Positions 30,529 through 39,001 of a stretch of DNA of 50,738 nt are shown here, piece after piece. Each line of letters begins with the position of its first letter. Position 1 is the first letter of the stretch. Under the pieces are notes generated by a model that had not been told where the DNA came from, ran no database searches, and saw only the letters and a list, made by a program, of their open reading frames with translations. Both the position numbers and the translations under genes were made by a program. The stretch is taken from IMG/VR virus record IMGVR_UViG_3300005807_000006, positions 1 to 50,738 of that record. One strand, 5' to 3'. The stretch is from a virus (lineage: Duplodnaviria > Caudoviricetes).

Positions 30529-31548
30529 ATGAATGATTTAGTACATGTAGCACCAGCAAATACTAACCAAGTATTATCTTTGGCTCAAAAAGATTTTTCT
30601 TTAGTTTCCATTGACCAAAAAATAAAATGGGAAAAAGAATTTAATTTTGCATTACAAATATTGAGAAAAAACAAGACTCTCAACGATGTGGCTTTGGAAA
30701 ATCAACAAAGCTTAAAAGATGCAATTATTAATGTATCAGCCATCGGTATAAGCCTAAATCCAGCATTAAAACACGCTTATTTAGTGCCTAGAAAAAAGTC
30801 AGTATGTTTGGATATATCTTATATGGGCTTGTTACACTTAGCTTGCATGAGCGGATCTATTGATTGGGGTCAGGCTAAAATAGTTAGAGAAAAAGACACA
30901 TATACTAGTTTAGGTATTGATAAAGCCCCTCGGCATGAATTTCAGGCATTTGGAGATAGAGGCGGTATAGTAGGCGTTTACTGCACTGTAAAAACAAATA
31001 ACGGAGACTATCTAACTGAAGAAATGTCTATTAATGCTGTTTATGATATTAGAGATCGGTCGATGGCTTACAAATCAAGCTATGGCCCTTGGTTAACAGA
31101 TCCTGAGCAGATGATAAGGAAGACGGTAGTAAAAAGAGCGTCAAGTTATTGGCCTAAAGTAGAACGTCTTGATAATGCAATAAACATGCTTAACATCGAA
31201 AACGAGGAAGGAATAGATTTTCAAAATAACAAGCCAAAAGGAAAGAGTGGTAATTGGAAGGCTGGGGTTAATCCTAACGTGCTTCCACACAAATTAAGGG
31301 AAGTTTTTTTTAACATTAATGAGGCATTTGAAGCAGAAGACTTGCAAACCGTCCTAGAAAAATTTAAAGAGTTTGGCATAATAGAGGAGATGTCCGCAGT
31401 TTGGAAATGTTTTGCTAGTGACGAAAGATCTAAAATAAACAAATACAAAAACAGCGAAGAATATACAGAAATAACAAATTCACAAAAAGTAGAATACTTA
31501 GATCAAGATGAATTATTACATCTTTGCAAAGCTTTTAATTTTCACTAA
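30529..31548 (+). CDS. recT: RecT/Redbeta-family single-strand annealing protein
   Basis: GISLNPALKHAYLVPR, LDISYMGL, PW.TD.EQM.RKTVVKRASSYWP. Confidence 0.85.
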   Translation: MNDLVHVAPANTNQVLSLAQKDFSLVSIDQKIKWEKEFNFALQILRKNKTLNDVALENQQSLKDAIINVSAIGISLNPALKHAYLVPRKKSVCLDISYMGLLHLACMSGSIDWGQAKIVREKDTYTSLGIDKAPRHEFQAFGDRGGIVGVYCTVKTNNGDYLTEEMSINAVYDIRDRSMAYKSSYGPWLTDPEQMIRKTVVKRASSYWPKVERLDNAINMLNIENEEGIDFQNNKPKGKSGNWKAGVNPNVLPHKLREVFFNINEAFEAEDLQTVLEKFKEFGIIEEMSAVWKCFASDERSKINKYKNSEEYTEITNSQKVEYLDQDELLHLCKAFNFH

Positions 31549-31575
31549 AACAGACAGAGTAACTTTGATAAAATC

Positions 31576-31857
31576 ATGAAACACTTAAACACTAAAGAGT
31601 TTGCAAAGTTAGCGGGTATAAAAGAGCTGACTATGTTGAGTTATCACTCAAGAAAAGGTAATGGATTTATTAAGCCTGACTCTGTCGACGATAACGGAAA
31701 TCTTCTTTGGAGTTTAACTTTATGCGAAAAATGGATTAAAACAAGGGATGAAAATATCAAAAGAAAAGGGTGCGGTGAAAATAGACCAAAACATGTTGAC
31801 AACTCATCAGCAGTTTTTAATGATTTTATGTCAAAACAAAAAAGGGTATTAAGGTGA
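31576..31857 (+). CDS. Excisionase/AlpA-like HTH protein
   Basis: LNTKEFAKLAGI...F.KP...LLW...EKWI. Confidence 0.5.
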   Translation: MKHLNTKEFAKLAGIKELTMLSYHSRKGNGFIKPDSVDDNGNLLWSLTLCEKWIKTRDENIKRKGCGENRPKHVDNSSAVFNDFMSKQKRVLR

Positions 31858-32255
31858 AATTTATACAGATCATTAGATTCGGCAATCAAGTCAGAATACA
31901 AAAAGAGCGTATTTTTAAGCACGTTGATTTGCTGCATATAAAAGCTGGTCAAGAATACAAATGCACTATTGAGGAATATGAAGAAGACAGAAGCCTTGAG
32001 CAAAATAGTTATTTTCATGTTGCAATAGTGCCAGCCTGCGCGACTTTGGGCTATACGAACGAAGAAGCAAAAGCCACATTGAAAGCCGAACTATTGCCGA
32101 TTAAAAAAGTGCGTAAACTTGATGGGTCTGTGACTCAAGAACTAACCCATACAGGAGATTTAGGTGTTAGAAAAATGTCAAAATTTATTGATGAGTGTAT
32201 TATTTTATTAGGAACTTACGGCGTAACAGTACAGCCACCAACTTGGAGAAATTAG
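31854..32255 (+). CDS. NinB-like protein
   Basis: RSLEQNSYFH, T.DL....MSKFID motifs. Confidence 0.7.
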   Translation: MKFIQIIRFGNQVRIQKERIFKHVDLLHIKAGQEYKCTIEEYEEDRSLEQNSYFHVAIVPACATLGYTNEEAKATLKAELLPIKKVRKLDGSVTQELTHTGDLGVRKMSKFIDECIILLGTYGVTVQPPTWRN

Positions 32256-32256
32256 C

Positions 32257-33172
32257 ATGAAAGTTCCAGAAAAAAACATTACTTACGCATCCATAATATT
32301 TATTTTATCTATAGTTATTGTAATATTATTTTCTGATGCAAGCATAAAAAAAGAACAACAATATCAAACAACATGCGAAGCAAAAGGGCTTGAGCAAAAA
32401 CATTTTGAATATCAAGTTCAAGATAAAACTTTTAAAATATGGTGTAAATAATGAAATGTCCTGAATGTGAAATCAACAATGCAGTAGACCTTGATTGTGA
32501 TAAATGCGATGCCAGCGGCTTGATCGCAAAAGACAATGAAGACATTGAATGTTATGATTGTGGCGGTCTAGGCTACATAGACGGATGGCATGAATGTTTA
32601 GGTTGTGGACACCAGTTTGAAGAATAATATCAGAAATGTCGGCAAATTGCAGACCTATATTAGGTAGATGAGGATCAACAAATGAAAGCTTACATGGTAT
32701 TTGCAGGTTGCCCTATTGACGGATGTATCCTAGTTTATGCTGAAAGAGCGACAAAAGCTAGATCCATTGGATATGCTGAACTATTTAGTTGGGATTATGT
32801 AGAAACATCCGCGACCAGAAAGCCGGAATTCGATAAATATTATTCTGGCAAATGTATTATAGTAGAGAACAGTGAATTGCCGGAAGGTGTTGAATTTTAT
32901 ACTGAAATAGATTGTTGGTGAAAATAACTAATGAGGATTAAAAAATGAGTTCTTGTGAGAAATGCTGGCGCGATGCGTGTGGAGACCCTGAAAAATATGG
33001 TCTACTTGTTAACTTAAGAAAAGAAAACCCTTGCACGTTAGAAGAGCAAGCGGGTAAAGATGCGGCTTTATGTAAAAGTTGTGAAAGAAAAACAGTTCAC
33101 CAAATTTGTAATTTTTGCATCAATCGAAAATGTGAAATGTTTGCCGAGACAATAAAGAGGATTAACAAGTGA
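32257..33172 (+). CDS. Small hypothetical ORFs (32257, ~32451 Zn-finger, 32682, 32945)
   Basis: Short co-oriented ORFs, several Cys-rich. Confidence 0.5.
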
Positions 33173-33534
33173 ACGGAACGCCGAATAAGCTACAAAAAGA
33201 CTGGCATCAATATTTGAGAGATCGGGGCTGTTGTGTGCAAGATGAAATGTCTTACAGTCCATTATCAATACACCATATAATTGGTGCTAAAGCAAAACTT
33301 AAAGGCGTGAAAAAATTTGGCGAAAAATACGTTATTTGCTTAAGCTATTGGTGGCATCAAGATGGTCGAAATGGCGCAGCTAGACACATCAATAAAAAAG
33401 CGTTTGAGCTGGAAACTGGAAAAACTGAAAAAGAGTGGTTTATTGATTCGATGCAAAAATATAAGGACGAATACGGTCACATACATCTCGTAATGACCGA
33501 AGAAGAATATCAGATAATCAAGGCGAGAGCATGA
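33169..33534 (+). CDS. Ref/DUF968-like HNH-related protein
   Basis: GCCV...IHHI...VICL...HQ...RH pattern. Confidence 0.55.
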   Translation: MNGTPNKLQKDWHQYLRDRGCCVQDEMSYSPLSIHHIIGAKAKLKGVKKFGEKYVICLSYWWHQDGRNGAARHINKKAFELETGKTEKEWFIDSMQKYKDEYGHIHLVMTEEEYQIIKARA

Positions 33535-34022
33535 GTCACACTAACCGATTTGACGCTCGCAGAGATGGAAATGAAAAAGAAATCGTGGAGGTTTTTGAAA
33601 GAATGGGACTTAGCGTTTATCGATTAGATCAGCCCCTAGATCTGTTAATTGGCTATGACAAGCGCAATTACCTAGTTGAAGTAAAAATGCCGGGTAAGAA
33701 TTTAAACGATAATCAAGTGGAATTTGTAGCTAATTGGAAAGGGCAATTTATTATCATAAGAACGATTGAGCAAGCGATAAAATTTGCTCACGAAATAAGA
33801 AAAATTACAAAGCGAGGTCAAAAGAGTCAAATGAATACACATGGATTAGATAGCCATTATTTCAATAAAAAATTAAAATGCATGGTTAGAGATATTGAAT
33901 GCTACACGCCAGACGAAATGTTTAATGAGCTAAGTCGGTTGATGATGGTTGCAGCAATGCAAGCTGGAATAAAAGCCACAATCAAAGTTAAATTTATTTC
34001 TAAAAAAAGTAAGGAGGCATAA
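33531..34022 (+). CDS. PD-(D/E)xK nuclease (VRR-NUC/resolvase-like) with C-terminal extension
   Basis: RDGNEKEIV...PLDLLIGY...LVEVK...L.D.Q..F...W. Confidence 0.7.
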   Translation: MSHTNRFDARRDGNEKEIVEVFERMGLSVYRLDQPLDLLIGYDKRNYLVEVKMPGKNLNDNQVEFVANWKGQFIIIRTIEQAIKFAHEIRKITKRGQKSQMNTHGLDSHYFNKKLKCMVRDIECYTPDEMFNELSRLMMVAAMQAGIKATIKVKFISKKSKEA

Positions 34023-34291
34023 TGATTGAATTATTAGTTAGCGTAAACAAAAAGCCTGTTGATTTGGGCAATGGAATTACACGGCATAGCTCTATAAATA
34101 AATTATGTGCGATTGATAAAATCAGAATGACTTATAACGGCCACTATTACGCTCACTTAGTAAACAAAGAGAGTGACGCTCCATTCAACTCAGGAGGAGA
34201 ATGGGGGTCGTGGGTTGGTTTTTTTAAGAAAGAAAATAAGCATGTGCGACTACCTATTATCAAAATTGAAAGGCAAGAAGTAGATGTATAA
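34022..34291 (+). CDS. Hypothetical, stop in first attC-like site of array 2
   Basis: AAGGAGG RBS; TAA within GTATAAC. Confidence 0.65.
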   Translation: MIELLVSVNKKPVDLGNGITRHSSINKLCAIDKIRMTYNGHYYAHLVNKESDAPFNSGGEWGSWVGFFKKENKHVRLPIIKIERQEVDV

Positions 34292-34327
34292 CAATTAAGT
34301 TAACTTGCTTGAATGGAGCGCAGCGTA

Positions 34328-34618
34328 ATGAAAATCAAAGTTAAACGCCTTGTTATCTTTTTACATTGCTGGTTTTTCGGGCATGTGCCAGATGATAAAA
34401 ACACAGTATTTGATACAGATGAATATACCTATGGCTGGCATATGATGTGTAAGCGTTGCGGAATATTGGATATAGAACAGCACGAACTTATGACTGGCAG
34501 CAGAAGTTATAAGGTTAAGCAATTTGTGATTTTCTGGCTCTATCGTAGATGGTGTCCGGAGCCATGCAAAGACTGCGGTAGTCGATTCGGCAAGCACGAT
34601 AACTGCATACCGTTTTGA
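34328..34618 (+). CDS. Cassette ORF, Cys/His-rich (HCWFFGH, CKRC, CKDC)
   Basis: GGAG then ATG 34328 inside the site. Confidence 0.65.
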   Translation: MKIKVKRLVIFLHCWFFGHVPDDKNTVFDTDEYTYGWHMMCKRCGILDIEQHELMTGSRSYKVKQFVIFWLYRRWCPEPCKDCGSRFGKHDNCIPF

Positions 34619-34673
34619 AAGATAACGGCTTTAATAAGCAGCTAAGTGCAACGAACGACATGAAGGAATTGTT

Positions 34674-34907
34674 ATGCAAATTGAATTGATGAGGAGAACC
34701 GCAACGGCATTGATGCCAGGGCAATCCATAAAAATTTCCCGAGACAAGATGGTAACGGCGGCTGAAGGTATTCTTTACTCTCTGCTATTTTCTGTACGCA
34801 GAGTGGATATTAAGATCTTTGCGGAACAGGTGGCGCAAAACTGGGGGGTTACGATGACTGAGGACGCTATGACGGGCGAATGGACAATGTTCAAGCCGCA
34901 TGCATAA
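34674..34907 (+). CDS. Cassette ORF, hypothetical
   Basis: Begins in GTTATGC, ends in GCATAAC. Confidence 0.7.
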   Translation: MQIELMRRTATALMPGQSIKISRDKMVTAAEGILYSLLFSVRRVDIKIFAEQVAQNWGVTMTEDAMTGEWTMFKPHA

Positions 34908-34997
34908 CGCCATGCTCAGGAGCGCAAAAAGCACCCACTGAACTTTAAATTTAACTAAAAACCGCGGCGTTTTTTGTGTCGCCTGGAGCTAATTGTT

Positions 34998-35198
34998 ATG
35001 TATGAATGCACAGCAAAGCAGTACTGGAAAAAGATTTACAGGGTAATGCGCGTGGCAATACGCGAAGCAAATAAGGCCAGCATGGATGTGATGATCTACG
35101 GCACGGGCGCAGTAATGATCCCTAAAGATGGTGGCGACCCAAAACACGTCCCTCTTGCTAATTTGGACATGAATAATTTAACTGATCATAGGGAATAA
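34998..35198 (+). CDS. Cassette ORF, hypothetical
   Basis: ATG in GTTATG with GGAG 9 nt upstream; stop in TAAC. Confidence 0.65.
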   Translation: MYECTAKQYWKKIYRVMRVAIREANKASMDVMIYGTGAVMIPKDGGDPKHVPLANLDMNNLTDHRE

Positions 35199-35276
35199 CG
35201 ACCTTGAGCTAACCTGTGAGCGGTAGCGAATCCGGTTAAGTGATTGGTTATACAGATTTAATACGAGGATTATAAA

Positions 35277-35555
35277 ATGAAAATTAATTTACAGGTTAAT
35301 ATTGATGGAATGTACTGGAGTGGTGGTGCTGGTATTGAGGTGCCGGAATTATATAGGAAATGTTTTGAGCCAATGAAAACAGGTGATGAGCCGCTTGTCG
35401 CTATGGTTACTGGCGAGATTATGGAGCAAGAAGCTAATATTGTAATGAAAACAAGAAGTGATGCCGCCGAGATATTAGGGCGAGAATTAGCAGAGCTAAT
35501 AGTTCGTGAGATGAAAGCAAAAGATACGCACAATGGTTACGAGAAGGCTGTATAA
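35277..35555 (+). CDS. Cassette ORF, hypothetical
   Basis: GAGGA RBS; bounded by GTTATAC/GTATAAC. Confidence 0.7.
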   Translation: MKINLQVNIDGMYWSGGAGIEVPELYRKCFEPMKTGDEPLVAMVTGEIMEQEANIVMKTRSDAAEILGRELAELIVREMKAKDTHNGYEKAV

Positions 35556-35611
35556 CGACCTTGAATTAAAAAGCGCCGTTTTTTGGCGTCTTTTTGAATG
35601 ATTTGTTATGT
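35550..35611 (-). other. attC-like recombination site
   Basis: GTATAAC gaccttga ATTAAAAAGCGCC...GGCGTCTTTTTGAAT gattt GTTATGT; extra G and T in right arm. Confidence 0.85.
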
Positions 35612-35628
35612 GATTTACGGAGGACATT

Positions 35629-35820
35629 ATGACAGAAGACAGAATTGAAAAAATACAAAAATTAAACAGCGAGATAAAAAACTTTAAGGACTGCTACTGC
35701 GGCATTGAATTGTGGGGTGGTAGAGATACTTTTGTAAGTGCCGAGGTATTGATGTATTTTTTGATCGAGAATCCACACTTCCAAGAGATCGCGGATAATA
35801 TTAATAAAATGGACACGTAA
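35629..35820 (+). CDS. Cassette ORF, hypothetical
   Basis: GGAGG RBS; stop in TAAC. Confidence 0.7.
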   Translation: MTEDRIEKIQKLNSEIKNFKDCYCGIELWGGRDTFVSAEVLMYFLIENPHFQEIADNINKMDT

Positions 35821-35892
35821 CGATTAAGTTAAAGGGCGCGGCTTTATCGCGTCCATTTTGAACGCTCTGTATAACAAAGCGAGGAGATAAAG

Positions 35893-36057
35893 ATGATTTT
35901 AAAAGATGCGTATGATGAAGGCGGAAAGCTTCTTGGTGATGAATGTGTAGATTTATCAGGATTACAGGAAGACACTAAGAAAGCGATAATGCAATTAATT
36001 TACCTTGATGAAACTGTAGATATTTATAATGACGCGCTGAATAAGAAGACTACATAA
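35893..36057 (+). CDS. Cassette ORF, 54 aa
   Basis: Hand-translated MILKDAYDEGGKLLGDECVDL...; GAGGAG RBS. Confidence 0.6.
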   Translation: MILKDAYDEGGKLLGDECVDLSGLQEDTKKAIMQLIYLDETVDIYNDALNKKTT

Positions 36058-36138
36058 TGACCATATTCAGAAGTGAACGAGTGCCAGCGAGTGAATCTGT
36101 TGGAGCTATTTGTTATATTTTTTTAAGAGGGTTTATAT

Positions 36139-36339
36139 ATGATAATTATTGATAAAGGCGTGGCCATGCCTACCGAAAATGGACGCTGCAAATACCCGTG
36201 GAAAGATATGGAGGTTGGTGATTCTTTTTCACTACCTAAGTTAAGTATCTCAACAGGCGCGGTAAATGAACGATATAAGCCGAAGAAGTTTGTTGCTCGT
36301 AAAGACGGCGATGGTTATCGCGTGTGGCGGATTAAGTAA
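36139..36339 (+). CDS. Cassette ORF, small phage DNA-binding-like protein
   Basis: KYPWKDMEVGDSF...G.RVWR motif familiar from small phage proteins. Confidence 0.65.
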   Translation: MIIIDKGVAMPTENGRCKYPWKDMEVGDSFSLPKLSISTGAVNERYKPKKFVARKDGDGYRVWRIK

Positions 36340-36422
36340 ATATAATACTAAGTTAAAAAGCGCGTCTTTTGCGTCTTTTTGAATGACCGGTTATTTAATT
36401 TAAATAAATGCGAGGAAATAAA

Positions 36423-36704
36423 ATGAAATTACCTATAAATTATGAGAATCTGCACTACACAGAAAGAAGGGCTGTGCGTGAGGAGTATGTTAAGCAGCAA
36501 GATGGGAAGTGCAGCCATTGCGGAGAGCCGCTAAATTGTAAGCCTGCTGGTAATATAGTAAATAAACATGTAGATAAAAAACTATTCCCAACAGGCTTTT
36601 TTAAGTGGCCAGTGCATCTGCACCATAGCCATAATACAGGTATGACTATTGGAGCGGTGCATAACCATTGTAATGCGGTGCTGTGGCAATACCACGGCGA
36701 ATGA
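36423..36704 (+). CDS. Cassette ORF, HNH/endonuclease VII-like
   Basis: QDGKCSHC...HLHHSHNTG...HNHCN. Confidence 0.7.
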   Translation: MKLPINYENLHYTERRAVREEYVKQQDGKCSHCGEPLNCKPAGNIVNKHVDKKLFPTGFFKWPVHLHHSHNTGMTIGAVHNHCNAVLWQYHGE

Positions 36705-36814
36705 CACATAACGACATTTAATAACCTGCGGCATAAATAGCTTGCAGTAAACACGATGAGGGTTGACCGTCTGGTTGATTTTATTGTTATATTTTTTAAT
36801 TGGAGGATTTTAAA

Positions 36815-37045
36815 ATGAGTGAAGATTTTATAAGGAATAGCTTGGTAACTGCTTTTGTATGCGTTGAGTGCGGTAGCAATTTAAGTCTATCTTATAAAAG
36901 CAAGAAAGGCAGCGGTAGAATGGTAGATGATGAGCCAACAGGCGCGGCAATGGTTAAAAACGTGATTTACATTTACCCTTGTGAAAAATGCCTAGAGCCT
37001 GCCATTAAAGCTAAACAGGCAGTAATGGCTTTAATGGAAATATAA
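36815..37045 (+). CDS. Cassette ORF, Zn-ribbon
   Basis: CVEC...CEKC; GGAGG RBS; stop in ATATAAC. Confidence 0.65.
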   Translation: MSEDFIRNSLVTAFVCVECGSNLSLSYKSKKGSGRMVDDEPTGAAMVKNVIYIYPCEKCLEPAIKAKQAVMALMEI

Positions 37046-37140
37046 CATCAAGTTAAGAAGCGGTTAAATATGCAATGACGAGGGACTCAAATTCTGGTGG
37101 GAAAGTCAGAGTTTATAATTTTTAACTGAGGAAATAGAAG

Positions 37141-37380
37141 ATGAAATTTGAGCCAAATGATTTTTTTGGAACAGTACATGTACAGGTTAAACACAGCAAG
37201 TTACTTGCTAATGGAGAGCCTAACAATTTTTGGCGAAATGCACTCTATGTGTGTCAGCAAGATGATGCACATGTAGTGATTTATGCAGATGGCACAAAAG
37301 AAGTCCTAAAACAAAGAACGAAAATACGAATGACACATGACGGCTTTAATAAGCCGCTAAGTGAAACGAAGTCGGATTGA
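37141..37380 (+). CDS. Cassette ORF reading into downstream site
   Basis: GAGG RBS; C-terminus THDGFNKPLSETKSD encoded by site 37335-37394. Confidence 0.6.
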   Translation: MKFEPNDFFGTVHVQVKHSKLLANGEPNNFWRNALYVCQQDDAHVVIYADGTKEVLKQRTKIRMTHDGFNKPLSETKSD

Positions 37381-37412
37381 TTTATTGGTTATATTTTAAA
37401 TGAGGATTAATT

Positions 37413-37625
37413 ATGGGTTATGAAAAACCAGAAGCGGATGAGTGGGTTCAGCCGGTAAGAAAAGATTACAAGTTAGCCTGCTGTGATTGCGGGTTAGTGC
37501 ATAACATGGATTTTAGAATTAAAAAAGGCCGGATTCAATTTAGGGTACGGCGCAATAATAGAGCTACTGCTGGTATGCGGGTCGGGATGGGGCTAAGAAA
37601 GAAAAAAGACGGGACATGGCTTTAA
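37413..37625 (+). CDS. Cassette ORF (CCDCGLVH motif)
   Basis: GAGGA RBS; motif familiar from small phage proteins. Confidence 0.7.
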   Translation: MGYEKPEADEWVQPVRKDYKLACCDCGLVHNMDFRIKKGRIQFRVRRNNRATAGMRVGMGLRKKKDGTWL

Positions 37626-37706
37626 TTGATACCTAACGTCAAGTTAAAAAGCGCGTTTAGCGTCCGATTTTGAACGCCTTTTTATGCGGGGTAAAAGGAT
37701 AAACAA

Positions 37707-37964
37707 ATGCAACAAACAAAACTAAGCTCTTTAATTGAGTCATTTATAAATGTATTAATTGGGTATGGAGTAGCTTTAATTTCACAATTATTAATTTTCC
37801 CGATGTTTGGTATTCATGTTTCTCTAAGTACAAATTTATATATAGGCGCATGGTTTACGCTTATCAGTTTAATTCGCAGCTACATTATACGGCGATGGTT
37901 TAATGCAAAATTACATAATGCGGCGCAAGCTTTAGCTAAACAAGGTGCCGAACGATTCAGATAA
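37707..37964 (+). CDS. Cassette ORF, two-TM phage membrane protein
   Basis: SLIESFINVLIGY...SLIRSYIIRRWFN. Confidence 0.7.
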   Translation: MQQTKLSSLIESFINVLIGYGVALISQLLIFPMFGIHVSLSTNLYIGAWFTLISLIRSYIIRRWFNAKLHNAAQALAKQGAERFR

Positions 37965-38028
37965 CCAGCAGGCGGGTCTTATCGACTGTCTGCAATTGCC
38001 TTGTTATGTGCAGGGCATGGAGGTAAAA

Positions 38029-38220
38029 ATGAACGAAGAACAAACAGAAATGGAAAAATGCACAATCTACACGCGCCGAGGTGATAGGTATGAGATTAAG
38101 TGCAGACTTGGATTGTGGAGTGTTGATGCACCATACGGGTTGGCTTTGATAAATGAGGCTAATCACTATTTTCAGCAATACAAAGCTGATGGAGAATACA
38201 ACAAGTTACTTGATACATAA
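38029..38220 (+). CDS. Cassette ORF, hypothetical
   Basis: GGAGG RBS; bounded by GTTATGT/ACATAAC. Confidence 0.65.
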   Translation: MNEEQTEMEKCTIYTRRGDRYEIKCRLGLWSVDAPYGLALINEANHYFQQYKADGEYNKLLDT

Positions 38221-38249
38221 CGATCTTGAGCTAACAGGAGAGGAACGAA

Positions 38250-38501
38250 ATGAACAAAGTAAATGTAGAGACGAATCCAGTTAAGCGGCATATTATGCGT
38301 AGCGATAAAGGAATATTGGATTGGCTGCAAAATGAATGCGGTGGATCGTTTAGCTGTAAGCGACAAAGAGACCCTTTTGTCGCTTCACCCACCTTTGGTA
38401 ACCTAGACGAGTGGCAGATATTTACCATTCCTTCGCAGCACGTTAAAGGCGTAAGCATAAGGGATGCTTTTAGCAATGCAATGAATAAGTGTGGCGCATA
38501 A
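38250..38501 (+). CDS. Cassette ORF starting inside the site loop
   Basis: AGGAGAGG RBS in loop; stop in GCATAAC. Confidence 0.6.
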   Translation: MNKVNVETNPVKRHIMRSDKGILDWLQNECGGSFSCKRQRDPFVASPTFGNLDEWQIFTIPSQHVKGVSIRDAFSNAMNKCGA

Positions 38502-38579
38502 CGGACATGCTCAGAAGTGAGCGAGCGACAGCGAGTGAATCTGCTGGAGCTACTGGTTATATTTTTATTGGAGAATGTT

Positions 38580-38765
38580 ATGTGTAAATATATTGAGGTT
38601 AAAAATGGTGCGCCACATCCCCGCACAAGATGGTCAAGCGAGTGCGGGTTTGATCTAGTTTTAATGCAAGGATATACACCTAATTTTGGCAAGCAAGAAG
38701 AATATGATAAAAAAATATTACCCGCTGGTGGGTGCATGAAATGTAAAGCCGAGATTGAAACATAA
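38580..38765 (+). CDS. Cassette ORF, Cys-containing
   Basis: GGAG RBS; stop in ACATAAC. Confidence 0.6.
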   Translation: MCKYIEVKNGAPHPRTRWSSECGFDLVLMQGYTPNFGKQEEYDKKILPAGGCMKCKAEIET

Positions 38766-38842
38766 CATCAAGTTAAAAAGCGCGTCTTTTGCGTCTTTTT
38801 GAACGACCGGTTATTTAATTTAAATAAATGCGAGGAAATAAA

Positions 38843-39001
38843 ATGAAAGGATCTGTTATTGTGCGCTGTATTGGTGTTGACAATAAGCAACACCAATGCG
38901 AGCCAAACAAAGACACTTGCTTGTGCGGTATAAGTGTTAAGCGTAAAAAATGCTTACGTGATGATTATATGTTATCTAGTTGTTACAAATGCACATACTA
39001 A
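38843..39001 (+). CDS. Cassette ORF, 52 aa Cys-rich
   Basis: Hand-translated MKGSVIVRCIGVDNKQHQCEP...; GAGG RBS. Confidence 0.6.
   Translation: MKGSVIVRCIGVDNKQHQCEPNKDTCLCGISVKRKKCLRDDYMLSSCYKCTY

Noticed and set aside
30529-31548. Integron integrase candidate by size (339 aa)
   Set aside because: Motifs are RecT-type; no R...HxxR...H/W...Y tyrosine recombinase signature
34286-38816. CRISPR array
   Set aside because: Repeats are variable 55-100 bp palindromes separated by whole ORFs of roughly 150-310 bp, not constant repeats with short spacers; no cas genes
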